Assembly: GCA_965198225.1 (NCBI GenBank)
Contig: CBDAOY010000005.1
Location: 160,001 to 224,000, forward strand
Direction: 5' to 3'
From: Terriglobia bacterium
GTDB lineage: Bacteria > Acidobacteriota > Terriglobia > 20CM-2-55-15
Length of the DNA: 64,000 nt
Shown: one piece after another, positions 50,195 through 59,249 of the stretch
Position numbering within the stretch: position 1 is the first letter of the stretch
Layout: each line of letters begins with the position of its first letter
Notes under the pieces: generated by a model
Told to the model about the DNA's origin: nothing
Databases searched by the model: none
The model's input: the letters and a program-made list of their open reading frames with translations, nothing else
Translations under genes and position numbers: made by a program

Positions 50195-50860
50195 ATGCTG
50201 TCGCATGAGCAAGCTCGGGAGTTCTACGATCGGTTCGGATCCAAACAGGACCGCCAGAGATTCTACGAAGACCCCGCATTCGATCAGATGATCCTCCACG
50301 CCGACTTCGAAAATGCCCGTTCGGTTTTCGAACTCGGATGCGGCACCGGACGTCTTGCCCGCCGTCTGCTCGAGAACCGCTTGCGCCAGAGCGCATCGTA
50401 TCTGGGTGTCGATGTGAGCTCCGCGATGGTCGGCCTGGCCCGGGAGCGACTCGAGGGATTCGGCTCGCGCGTCCGGGTACGCCAGACAGCCGGCACGCTG
50501 CACCTGGAAGAGGCCGATGAGTCGTTCGACCGTTTCATCTCGACCTACGTCCTCGACCTCCTGTCCGTCGAAGACATCGAAATCGCATTGAGTGAGGCGC
50601 ACCGGGTTCTAGTGTCGGGAGGCCTGCTCGGGCTCGCGAGCCTGACCCACAGCCAGGGGGTGGGATCACGACTGATCGAAAGAGTGTGGATGGCGGCGCA
50701 TTCGCTGCGGCCGGCCTGGGTGGGCGGCTGCCGTCCGATTCGGATCGAGGAATACCTGCGGGAAGTAGAGTGGAAGATCGTCCACGTGGGACAGGTGTGC
50801 CGCTACGGACTGTGTTCACAGGTCGCGGTGGCCAGGAAAAACTCGGGGATCACGCGGTGA
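50195..50860 (+). CDS. class I SAM-dependent methyltransferase
   Basis: VFELGCGTG, GVDVS, FDRF, RVL..GG. Confidence 0.87.
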   Translation: MLSHEQAREFYDRFGSKQDRQRFYEDPAFDQMILHADFENARSVFELGCGTGRLARRLLENRLRQSASYLGVDVSSAMVGLARERLEGFGSRVRVRQTAGTLHLEEADESFDRFISTYVLDLLSVEDIEIALSEAHRVLVSGGLLGLASLTHSQGVGSRLIERVWMAAHSLRPAWVGGCRPIRIEEYLREVEWKIVHVGQVCRYGLCSQVAVARKNSGITR

Positions 50861-52091
50861 TGGCGCCGTATGCCCGGCCGCCCTTGAACGTCGCAAACGG
50901 CTGCAACAAGCGGCTCCCCGTCCTCTGGTCGCCAGCCGAGTCGATGAATTCAAAGGCTCCCTCCGACACTCTGAACAACGCTACGTCGGCCTCGGCCCCT
51001 TCGCGAAGGGTTCCGAGACTCTGCGACCGACCGAAGATACGAGCCGGAGTGCTCGTCGCGCTTGCGATGACCTGCTCGAGCGTCATTCCGAGGTGCAGAA
51101 ACTTCGACAAGGTGGTCGGGAGGCCAAACACCGGGCCGGCTGCATTGCCTTCATGGACATCGCTCGAGATCACGTCCGGAAACACCCCCTGTTCGACAAT
51201 TTTCTCGGCCGTGCCGAACGAAAAGTTCCCGCGACCATGGCCGATATCGAAGAAGACTCCTCTCTCGGAAGCCTCGCGGGCCGCAGCCAACACGACGCCG
51301 TCCTCGTCCAGGATACTGCCCCGGGCCCGGTAGGCATGCGTCACGACATCCCCCGGCCGCAGCATTCGAAGAAGCTCCGACAATGGAGAGGGGGATCCGC
51401 CGATGTGAACCATCAGTGGCAATCCTGTCGCCCCACAGGCCTCGAGAGCCAGCGCGAGAGCCTCGCGATCGCGACCGCCTTCGATGTTCGGTGTCATCCG
51501 CACTTTCATGCCGACGATCACGTCCCGATTGTCTTCGATCGTCCGCACGGCGGCCTCGACGTCGGCGTAGGACAGGAGGGCGAGTTCGTTGGAGTGGGTA
51601 AGGCCAATCGAGGAAATGTTCAGGAGAGACAGAACCCGGGTCGCAGCGTTGTTGACGACGTACTTGCGGAACCCTGGGAATGTTGTCGCGCCCGCCGACC
51701 CGCCGTCGATGAGGGTGGTCACGCCTTTCGCCACGCCGACCACGTCGGCAGGAATGCCGAAACGCACGACGCCATCGTAAATGTGAACGTGGATATCGAT
51801 GAGACCCGGCGTAACGATGTGTCCGCCGGCGCTGATCACTCGACGGCCCGAGGATCGGGGAATATCGGCGGCAACACGAGAGATCTTCCCACCAGTGATC
51901 GCCACGTCACGGACGGCCGAGAGGTTTTCGGAAGGGTCGATCACCCGACCGCCCTTTATCAGAACGTCGTAGCGATCGTCCTCCTGCTTCTCGAACGGAC
52001 TACCTCCGACCGACCCGGCGGGGAAGCCCGCCGCGAAACAGGCGCCGACTCCTATCCCGCGAAGGAATTCCCTGCGCGAGGATTCCTTCAT
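50850..52091 (-). CDS. Tat-exported amidohydrolase/deacetylase (dihydroorotase-like)
   Basis: SRREFL, PGLID.HVH, GVTT..DGGSAG, LMVH, DVVTH, D.GHG.G.FSF, ISSD.H. Confidence 0.88.
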   Translation of the reverse strand: MKESSRREFLRGIGVGACFAAGFPAGSVGGSPFEKQEDDRYDVLIKGGRVIDPSENLSAVRDVAITGGKISRVAADIPRSSGRRVISAGGHIVTPGLIDIHVHIYDGVVRFGIPADVVGVAKGVTTLIDGGSAGATTFPGFRKYVVNNAATRVLSLLNISSIGLTHSNELALLSYADVEAAVRTIEDNRDVIVGMKVRMTPNIEGGRDREALALALEACGATGLPLMVHIGGSPSPLSELLRMLRPGDVVTHAYRARGSILDEDGVVLAAAREASERGVFFDIGHGRGNFSFGTAEKIVEQGVFPDVISSDVHEGNAAGPVFGLPTTLSKFLHLGMTLEQVIASATSTPARIFGRSQSLGTLREGAEADVALFRVSEGAFEFIDSAGDQRTGSRLLQPFATFKGGRAYGAITA

Positions 52092-52117
52092 CAAGTCCTC
52101 CCGACCCTCTGCACGCC

Positions 52118-52621
52118 CTATGCCCAGGGATTCTCGTCCGCGCTCGGACCGTAAATCGACGGCACGGGAACATTCAACAGGCGAAGGTAGACCGACATCT
52201 GACCCCGGTGATGGTACCAATGGTTCAGCATGATCGAGCGAACCACGCCGATCCGAGGGACCGCCATCAGCTCCTGCCCTCCCTTCATGGCCTTCCATGT
52301 CGCCATCGCCGCCGCGTCATCCATGCCGTCTAGAATCTCCCGCGCCTTGTTGACACCCTCGTCGTGCGTGGCCAGCATATCTTCGACCGACGACGCCGAC
52401 GGTGCCTCACCGAAGTCGGGCACTTCCACTTCGTCCTGGGCAGCCATTCCGGCGATGTCTCCAGGAGCGCTGGCGATGTGCTGCGCCAGTTGGCCGAGCG
52501 ACATGGATTTCTCGTGCGGCTTCCAGTCGAGCTTGTCGCCTGGGACCCGCTCGAGGACGCGTCTGGTCGTCGCGGCTTCCTGGTCGAACTCCATCAATAT
52601 TGAATCGACGATGCGTGGCAT
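52118..52621 (-). CDS. DinB family protein
   Basis: WKPHEKSMSLGQLA.H, NH.YHHRGQ.SVYLR, YGPSADE. Confidence 0.9.
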   Translation of the reverse strand: MPRIVDSILMEFDQEAATTRRVLERVPGDKLDWKPHEKSMSLGQLAQHIASAPGDIAGMAAQDEVEVPDFGEAPSASSVEDMLATHDEGVNKAREILDGMDDAAAMATWKAMKGGQELMAVPRIGVVRSIMLNHWYHHRGQMSVYLRLLNVPVPSIYGPSADENPWA

Positions 52622-52671
52622 GGTGAACTCCTTACTCTATGAATTGCTTGATTGGGTCGGTATTGTCGGCA

Positions 52672-53505
52672 CTACTCCAATGGCGTGTCGTCCCTGTTGG
52701 CCCACTCGGCCATCGACCCGTCATAGACCCGCACCGGGCCCTGCCCGGTGAGTTCCAGCGCGAACGCCACGAATGCCGCCCGGACCGCCGCCTGACAGTA
52801 GGTAACGGTTTCGGCTCCAGGATCGATTCCGGTCGCGGATAGAATGGCCTGGATCTCCTCCGGGGACCGAAAGCGCCGGACGGCCTGCGGGTCCTTTGAG
52901 TTTTCAAGCAACCGGTTCCACTCCAGGTGAAGGGCTCCAGGGACATGCCCGACACGTTCGTTGCCGTGAGCGGCCTTCCCGTGGTATTCGTCGTCGGAAC
53001 GAGCGTCGATGACATGGAGGCTGGCGTGGCCCTCCATCAGTTCCCCGACAGAAATCAAACGGTCCGGTTGAAGTTGCGCTGTCAGAGCCGGCGCCTCCCG
53101 AGCCGGAACCGTTTCGTAAGACACGGGTAGTCCAGCCGAAACCCACCCCTGCCATCCTCCGTCCAGGATCTTCACTTGCGCGTGCCCGTAATAGCGGAAG
53201 ACCCACCAGAGACGGGTCGCGAATAGCGTTCCCCAGTCGTCGTAGGCCACGACCGTTGTTTCGGGACCAACGCCCAGGTCGGAGGCGAGCTTCTGAAACT
53301 CCTCGAAAGAAGGCAGGTGCAACTTCGGGTTTCCGGAGTCGTCCTCGCCTTTCACGTAGGCGTGACCCCCTCGACACAGGGCCCCGGGGACATGGGCGCG
53401 CGCGTAGCTCGACTGTTCCCAGGGACAGTCGACGACGACGATGGAATCGTCGCCTCTATTCTCATGGAGCCACTCCGGGCTGACGAGCGATTCAGGGTAA
53501 GTCAT
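52672..53505 (-). CDS. tandem-domain rhodanese/sulfurtransferase
   Basis: Y.RAHVPGA, RLWW, LDGG, DARS..EY.G, GHVPGA, YCQAAVRA, YDGSMAEW. Confidence 0.92.
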   Translation of the reverse strand: MTYPESLVSPEWLHENRGDDSIVVVDCPWEQSSYARAHVPGALCRGGHAYVKGEDDSGNPKLHLPSFEEFQKLASDLGVGPETTVVAYDDWGTLFATRLWWVFRYYGHAQVKILDGGWQGWVSAGLPVSYETVPAREAPALTAQLQPDRLISVGELMEGHASLHVIDARSDDEYHGKAAHGNERVGHVPGALHLEWNRLLENSKDPQAVRRFRSPEEIQAILSATGIDPGAETVTYCQAAVRAAFVAFALELTGQGPVRVYDGSMAEWANRDDTPLE

Positions 53506-53588
53506 AGTTTCTTTTCGGAGAATATGGAGTGTAGCGCGATTGTGCGACGTGCGTGAACATCAATTGAGGGCCGGCGCGCAGGCGCACA

Positions 53589-53999
53589 TCAGCCGTCTGC
53601 TGGCCGGAAGGTGTAGCACCAGGCTTCACCCTCCAGCACCGTCTCGCCCCCCTGGCGCCGAACCTCGACCTTGAGCTGCGTCACCGGCTTGGTGTCGTGA
53701 ACGCTCACGATCTCGGCTTCGGCCGTGATGGTGTCGCCGATAAAGACGGGAGCGGTGAACCTCCAGTTCTGGCTGAGAAAGACCGTTCCCGGGCCCGGCA
53801 TGTCCATCGCGACGAGGGCGTGAAGCAAACCCGTCGTCAAGCCGCCCTGGACGACGAGCCTTTCAAACTTCGTCTTGGAGACGAACGCCTCGTCGAAATG
53901 GAGGGGGTTGTAGTCACCCGAGATCTCGGCGAACGACTTCACGTGCTCTACGCCCAGGGTGAGCGACCGGCTGGCCTTCTGTCCGACTTCCAGCTCCAT
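53589..53999 (-). CDS. MaoC family dehydratase
   Basis: FAEISGDYNPLH.D, PGPGTV, F.APVFIGDT. Confidence 0.9.
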   Translation of the reverse strand: MELEVGQKASRSLTLGVEHVKSFAEISGDYNPLHFDEAFVSKTKFERLVVQGGLTTGLLHALVAMDMPGPGTVFLSQNWRFTAPVFIGDTITAEAEIVSVHDTKPVTQLKVEVRRQGGETVLEGEAWCYTFRPADG

Positions 54000-54013
54000 C
54001 GGGACCAGTCCGG

Positions 54014-54247
54014 TCAGCCCCGCGCCAGGGGGTCTGGGAAACGCCGGACGCGCCGCAGCGTCACGAAAGTCGCGACGTGGAATGCGATGATGACAAAGGC
54101 CCCGACCTGAAGGATCGTCCACTCCAGACGGAGGTCCGCCTCGCCACGCCGGATGTCGCTGAGCGCCAGATGACTGACCAGAAGAACAAGAGTCGAGGCA
54201 GCTCCCAACGCGAGCGTGAACGCGGTCGTCTTTCTCAAACTTTGCAT
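54014..54247 (-). CDS. small 2-TM membrane protein
   Basis: MQSLRKTTAF...HLALSDI...EW; GAGG RBS. Confidence 0.55.
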   Translation of the reverse strand: MQSLRKTTAFTLALGAASTLVLLVSHLALSDIRRGEADLRLEWTILQVGAFVIIAFHVATFVTLRRVRRFPDPLARG

Positions 54248-54304
54248 TTCGACCTCTATCGTCGTGGGTGACGGCAAGTGTATCATGCGCCCAGGAGTTG
54301 ATTG

Positions 54305-54799
54305 ATGAGCTCGTCCCCCTCGCCAGTCGTCGCCACGTTGGAGGCGCTTGGCGTCGACTTCGAAACCATCGCAATCGATCCAGCGTTCGCCGATACCGCT
54401 GCATTCTGCGAGAAATACGGATATCCGCTCGAGAAGTCCGCCAACACGATCATCGTGGTCTCGAAAAGAGGGCCCAAGAAACATGCCGCATGTGTCGTGC
54501 TGGCAACTCACTTTCTGGACGTGAACAAGCGCGTCCGCAAACTGATGGAAGTTTCGCGGGCTTCATTCGCTTCGGCGGAACAGATGAAGGAGTTGACCGG
54601 CATGGAAGTAGGTGGTGTCACGCCGATGTCGCTTCCCGAGGGCCTCCCGCTCTATGTCGATGAGCGGGTGATGCAATGTGACTGGATCATCCTGGGCGGG
54701 GGTGGACGGGATCTCAAGATAAAGACTTCGCCCGAAGTCTTTACGAAGCTGGGAGCCGCGATCGTATCGGACCTGGGGATGGAGCCGCGGAAAGAATAG
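54305..54799 (+). CDS. YbaK/EbsC aminoacyl-tRNA editing domain protein
   Basis: ADTAAFCE.YG, SANTI, LTGM..GGVTP, GGGGR..K. Confidence 0.85.
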   Translation: MSSSPSPVVATLEALGVDFETIAIDPAFADTAAFCEKYGYPLEKSANTIIVVSKRGPKKHAACVVLATHFLDVNKRVRKLMEVSRASFASAEQMKELTGMEVGGVTPMSLPEGLPLYVDERVMQCDWIILGGGGRDLKIKTSPEVFTKLGAAIVSDLGMEPRKE

Positions 54800-54919
54800 A
54801 TAGGTGGGGGGACCGTCCGGCGTTTGCGTTCCCGAAACACAGGCCTACGCATGCTGTAGGCGCACTCTGCAACCAAGGGACTGCGTGGGACGGTGGGCCC
54901 GACGCTAATTGATGGTCCG

Positions 54920-54952
54920 GGTCATAGACCGCACCTACACCTCCGTTTGGAC
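54920..54952 (-). repeat. single GTAG-type REP with a flank shared with the 9648 copy
   Basis: GGTCATAGACCGCACCTACACCTCCGTTTGGAC is the reverse complement of the 9635-9669 sequence (one indel). Confidence 0.75.
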
Positions 54953-54972
54953 GCACACTTCTCCAAAATCCA

Positions 54973-55523
54973 CTACTTGAAATCCGTTTCCATCCGTTTG
55001 AGGTCCGAACCTTCTCCCATGGCGATCAGGTAATCACCCACCTCGATCCGGGTACTCGGCGCGGGATTGAAGAGCATCGTCTCCTCGGGTTTCTGGATGG
55101 CGAGAACGATCAGGCCGTAGTTCTGACGGATTCCGGATTGTTCGAGCGTCTTTGAGGCTACCGGGCTCGACGGAGATACTCCGACCTGGCCGATCTCGAG
55201 ATCCTTCTCCGAGGATTTGCTGAACGCAGTTGCGATGTCGAGGAAGCTGAGCACGTGCGGCTGGAGCAACGATTGTGCGAGACGGTGCCCGATGAACGGA
55301 TACGGGGTCAGGACGGTATCGGCGCCCGCGATGCGAAGACCCGTCCCTGGGTACTCATCGGGTGTAGCTCGCCGAAACCCACCGTCGTCAGCGTGATCAA
55401 AGCCATGTAGAAACTGTCGAACCACGACCACCCCTCGACGACGTGAAAGCCGATGGTGCCGGCGGCGAGCACGACGCTCAACAGGCCAAATATGAGCAGT
55501 AATCGTCTTGTCAACGAATCCAT
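54973..55523 (-). pseudogene. potassium channel/TrkA gene with internal deletion and frameshift
   Basis: TM1 and pore (TLTTVGFGE) are joined directly to LRIAGADTV..PY and TrkA-C; TM2 and most of TrkA-N are missing. Confidence 0.8.
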
Positions 55524-55671
55524 CTCTGCGTCCACAAACTGTATAGCAGATTTGGCAACGGAATGAGCCGACCTTGCAAGGATTTGCGCGGACTATGCGG
55601 CGAGCGTGTTGACGCGATTACCTGCCGGACAGCGTCCGGTCGGAAAGCATGGCTTCAGCCCAAGTCTTTTG

Positions 55672-55750
55672 TCAACACGGAGGCACGAGGAACACGATGG
55701 AAATCATGTTTCTTTTTCCGGCCTTCGTGAACTTCGTGTCTTCGTGTTGA
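55672..55750. repeat. 9-nt-period CACG(G/A)A palindromic repeat
   Basis: TCAACACGGAGGCACGAGGAACACGA ... TCGTGAACTTCGTGTCTTCGTGTTGA. Confidence 0.6.
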
Positions 55751-55771
55751 ACACGAGGCCTTGCAGGTTCG

Positions 55772-57430
55772 CTACCAGCCTATGGCCAGGCCATCTTTGC
55801 GTGGATCGGACCCGCCCATCAACGCTCCCGACACGGGGTCGATGATGATTCCCTGGTAGCCACCGAAAGCACCGAACGAATCGATGATGCTGTGGCCTTT
55901 CCGGGACAGGCCGAAACGGACGTTCCCGTCGATAGCCGACTCGAGCGCGACACCACGACTGGAATGGCGGAAACGCGGCGCTTCGCCTGCGTGCTGAACG
56001 TCCATCCCGAAGTCGACTACGTTGGCCACGACCTGCACATGGCCTTGGGGCTGCATGTCCCCACCCATCACGCCGAAGGAGAAGAACGGTTGTCCATCCT
56101 TGAGCACCATCGCGGGAACGAGAGTGTGAAACGGCCGCTTCCGCGGGGCAACGCGGTTGCGGTGGCTGGGATCCAGGACAAACGATCCGCCCCGGTTGTG
56201 GAGCGCGATGCCCGTATCGCCCGCAACGACACCGGAGCCGAAGGACGAGAACAGGCTATTGATGAACGATACGACGTTGTGATCGCCGTCGACGACCGTG
56301 AAATACACCGTGTCGCCCTCCTCCGACATTCCCGGCGGGGCTTCACGCTGGGCGCGATCCGGATCGATCAGGCGACGGCGTTCGGCGGCGTACTCCTTGG
56401 AGATGATCGTGGCCGTGGGCAGGTCGACGTGATCGGGGTCGGCGATGAAGACCTCGCGGTCCGCAAAGGCCAGTTTCTTGGCCTCGACCATCGTGTGGAG
56501 ATAATCGACCGAATTGTGCCCCATCGCTTTCAGGTCGAAACCTTCGAGGATGTTCAACATCTCCAGCGCGGCGATCCCCTGCGTGTTGGGCGGCATCTCG
56601 TAAACTTCATGGCCGCGGTAGGTCGTCGAGACGGGCTCGACCCACTGGGCATCGAATTCCTCGAGGTCCGCGAGCGTCAACAGACCGCCGAGCTCATCCG
56701 ATGTCTGGACGATCTTGTGGGCGATCTCGCCCTTGTAGTAAGCGTCGCGACCCTCGTCGGCGATCAGTCGAAGGGTCCGAGCGAGGTTGGGACTCCGAAA
56801 CACCTCGCCGTGCCGGGGGGCCCTCCCATCGATCAGGTAGGTTTCCGTCGCGGCGGGGTTGCGCCTCAACTTTCCGGCTGCGCCCGACCACTGACCGGCG
56901 ATGATCTCGGAGACCGGGAACCCATTCTCCGCGTAAAAGATCGCCGGCTCGAGAATGCGGGACATCGGCAGCTTGCCGTAGCGCTCGTGGAGCTTGAACC
57001 ACCCGGCGACGGCACCGGGCACCGAGACCGAGTGGATGTCACCCGGAATCCGGCTCATTCCGTGCGCCCTGAAGTAGTCGAGAGTGGCTTTCGAGCCCGC
57101 CCAACCACTGCCGTTCAGAGCCGTAACCTTGCCGTCCTCCTGCATGTAGAGCAGGGCAAACATGTCGCCGCCGATGCCGGTCATCGGTGGTTCGACGACG
57201 TTGAGAACGGCCGCGGCCGCGATCGCGGCGTCGACGGCATTTCCCCCTTCCATCAGTATGCTGAGGGCCGCTGTGGAGGCCAAAGGCTGGCTGGTTGCCA
57301 CCATTCCGTTCATCGCCAGCACGGGAGACCGGGTACCCTGCGTGTGGGTCGCCGGCCGGTCGCCATGCTGTAGTCCGAAGGCGAGGCCCGCCGTCAGCAG
57401 GACAGCTGCCAACGTCTTGATCGCTTTCAT
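55772..57430 (-). CDS. ggt: gamma-glutamyltransferase
   Basis: Signal peptide, GGNAVDAAIA, GDTVY catalytic Thr, RKRPFHTL.P, FGVMGG.MQPQGH, SDPRKDG. Confidence 0.93.
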   Translation of the reverse strand: MKAIKTLAAVLLTAGLAFGLQHGDRPATHTQGTRSPVLAMNGMVATSQPLASTAALSILMEGGNAVDAAIAAAAVLNVVEPPMTGIGGDMFALLYMQEDGKVTALNGSGWAGSKATLDYFRAHGMSRIPGDIHSVSVPGAVAGWFKLHERYGKLPMSRILEPAIFYAENGFPVSEIIAGQWSGAAGKLRRNPAATETYLIDGRAPRHGEVFRSPNLARTLRLIADEGRDAYYKGEIAHKIVQTSDELGGLLTLADLEEFDAQWVEPVSTTYRGHEVYEMPPNTQGIAALEMLNILEGFDLKAMGHNSVDYLHTMVEAKKLAFADREVFIADPDHVDLPTATIISKEYAAERRRLIDPDRAQREAPPGMSEEGDTVYFTVVDGDHNVVSFINSLFSSFGSGVVAGDTGIALHNRGGSFVLDPSHRNRVAPRKRPFHTLVPAMVLKDGQPFFSFGVMGGDMQPQGHVQVVANVVDFGMDVQHAGEAPRFRHSSRGVALESAIDGNVRFGLSRKGHSIIDSFGAFGGYQGIIIDPVSGALMGGSDPRKDGLAIGW

Positions 57431-57561
57431 GGTTTGTCCTCCAACGTCGCAGTGAATTCGCATTTCGTCAGCTTAATCAGAACCGCCTGTATCGCTTGGG
57501 TTTGGAAGAATCTAACATCCGACCGGAAGAGTGTCTAATCAAAACCGGCTGCTGCTGCGGT

Positions 57562-57570
57562 TGCTATAAT
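57562..57570 (+). promoter_or_regulatory. extended -10 promoter (near-leaderless transcript)
   Basis: TG-C-TATAAT ending 9 nt before ATG 57580; no SD. Confidence 0.5.
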
Positions 57571-57579
57571 CGGGGCGCT

Positions 57580-58200
57580 ATGCGCATCACACATTTGCTC
57601 CGGTGGCTGGGCGTTCTGACGCTCGGCGGATACGTGTTCGTAGGGTTCACTCCGTTTGCGAACGTGCTCGCTTTTCACCTGATGGCGGACTTCGAGCTTG
57701 CGCCCGCCGACGCGGTCGTCGTTCTGGGCGGAGGATTGGGTGCGGACGGGGAAATGGGAGTCGCCTCGCTGAAGCGTGCCGTGCGTGGCATGGAACTTTA
57801 CCAGTTGGGATACGCACCGCTTCTGGCACTGCTCGGCCCGCAGTCCGTCGAGAACTCTCCCTCGGAAGCGTCCCTCCGGCGGTTACTCGCTCTGACCATG
57901 CAGATACCACCCGAGGACATCGTTACAGAGCCGCGAGGCCTGACCACGCGGGACGAGGCGAGGCTGATGAAAGAGGTGCTGACCCCGATGGGAGTGCGGA
58001 GCATTCTTCTCGTGAGCGATTCACAGCACCTCATTCGCGCGCGGATCCTTTTTGAAAACGAGGGTTTCGAAGTCCTGACCGCGCCCGCAGACGTCATGTC
58101 GGTCCTGAGCAGTGGCCCAACGGCGCGGCTCAGCCTCGTGGAGTGGGTGCTGCGGGAACAGGGAGCGCGGCTCTACTACCAAGCTTCGGGATATCTCTAA
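57580..58200 (+). CDS. YdcF/DUF218 family protein
   Basis: ADAVVVLGGG, SEA, T..EA, LLVSD..H..RA, LRE. Confidence 0.85.
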   Translation: MRITHLLRWLGVLTLGGYVFVGFTPFANVLAFHLMADFELAPADAVVVLGGGLGADGEMGVASLKRAVRGMELYQLGYAPLLALLGPQSVENSPSEASLRRLLALTMQIPPEDIVTEPRGLTTRDEARLMKEVLTPMGVRSILLVSDSQHLIRARILFENEGFEVLTAPADVMSVLSSGPTARLSLVEWVLREQGARLYYQASGYL

Positions 58201-58518
58201 ATGACAACACTGACACTGCTAGCCCTTGGGATCGGGACATCGTTCGGGGCGTACCTGATCGGAACCCGACGGTTGAGATTCTCTCGAGCAGCTTTGGGTG
58301 AAGGTTTGGGCAGGCTCGCGGAGTCGATTGGCGTCTCGGTCGCTTTCTTCGTCGTCAACGCAACAGCCGTCGTCGTCATCGCACTTGTTTCGCGCGCGGC
58401 TGGACGCTTCGTCTCACTCTATACTGCGACCGATCCCATTCTGATAGTCCTCTCCTTGGTCCAGGCCGCCGCCTTCCAGTTCTGGCGTTACAGCCACGGC
58501 CACAATGGCAAGGAATGA
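58201..58518 (+). CDS. small membrane protein
   Basis: 105 aa, 3 hydrophobic segments, abuts both neighbours. Confidence 0.7.
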   Translation: MTTLTLLALGIGTSFGAYLIGTRRLRFSRAALGEGLGRLAESIGVSVAFFVVNATAVVVIALVSRAAGRFVSLYTATDPILIVLSLVQAAAFQFWRYSHGHNGKE

Positions 58519-59153
58519 AACGCTATGCCGACAAGATCGATGCGGGGGTAAGGCACCTTCGGTCCCATGATCCCGTGATCCGGGCTGTCATCCGGATGTG
58601 TCCACCCCTGACATCGCTCCGCCTGGAACGAAATCGCTTTCGCTCGCTCGCAAACTCGATCCTGTCACAGCAGATCTCCATATACGCAGCCCGGTCGGTC
58701 CGAGGCCGTCTGGTCGGACAGGTCGGACCCGGTGGATTCACTCCAGCGAGAATCGCCAGACTGAGCGTGGAAGAGCTTCGTGCGATCGGTGTGTCCCGGC
58801 CCAAAGCGCGCTACCTTCTAGACCTTGCTGAGAAGGTGGACTCGGGGCAGGTTCGACTGAATCGGCTTGGGCGCCTTAACGACGATGAAGTGGTCCGGGA
58901 GTTGGTTGGAGTCAAAGGAATCGGCGTCTGGACTGCCCAGATGTTCCTGATCTTCGCCCTCGGACGCATGGATGTCATGCCGTGGGACGATTTCGGCGTT
59001 CGCGCCGCGATCCGGCGCCTTTATGGTCTGGAGACCCTTCCGGACAAGAAGACGTGCCTGGAGATCGCCGAGCCATGGCGCCCGTACGCGACCATCGCCT
59101 GCTGGTATTGCTGGCGGAGCCATGAGATGGAGATGGGGAGGAAGAAATCGTAG
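58515..59153 (+). CDS. alkA: DNA-3-methyladenine glycosylase II (AlkA-like HhH-GPD)
   Basis: ILSQQIS, GVSRPKA.Y, VKGIGVWTAQM.LIF, DVMP.DD.G, WRPY. Confidence 0.88.
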   Translation: MKRYADKIDAGVRHLRSHDPVIRAVIRMCPPLTSLRLERNRFRSLANSILSQQISIYAARSVRGRLVGQVGPGGFTPARIARLSVEELRAIGVSRPKARYLLDLAEKVDSGQVRLNRLGRLNDDEVVRELVGVKGIGVWTAQMFLIFALGRMDVMPWDDFGVRAAIRRLYGLETLPDKKTCLEIAEPWRPYATIACWYCWRSHEMEMGRKKS

Positions 59154-59180
59154 GCCGTTATCCGTAGGCCGTTGTCGGGT

Positions 59181-59248
59181 TGTAGGTGCGCTCTATGAGC
59201 GCACGACCTCGCATGCAGGACCAATGTGCGGTCATAGACCGCACCTAC
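59181..59248. repeat. GTAG-type REP doublet between convergent genes
   Basis: TGTAGGTGCGCTCTATGAGCGCAC ... GTGCGGTCATAGACCGCACCTACA. Confidence 0.85.
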
Positions 59249-59249
59249 A

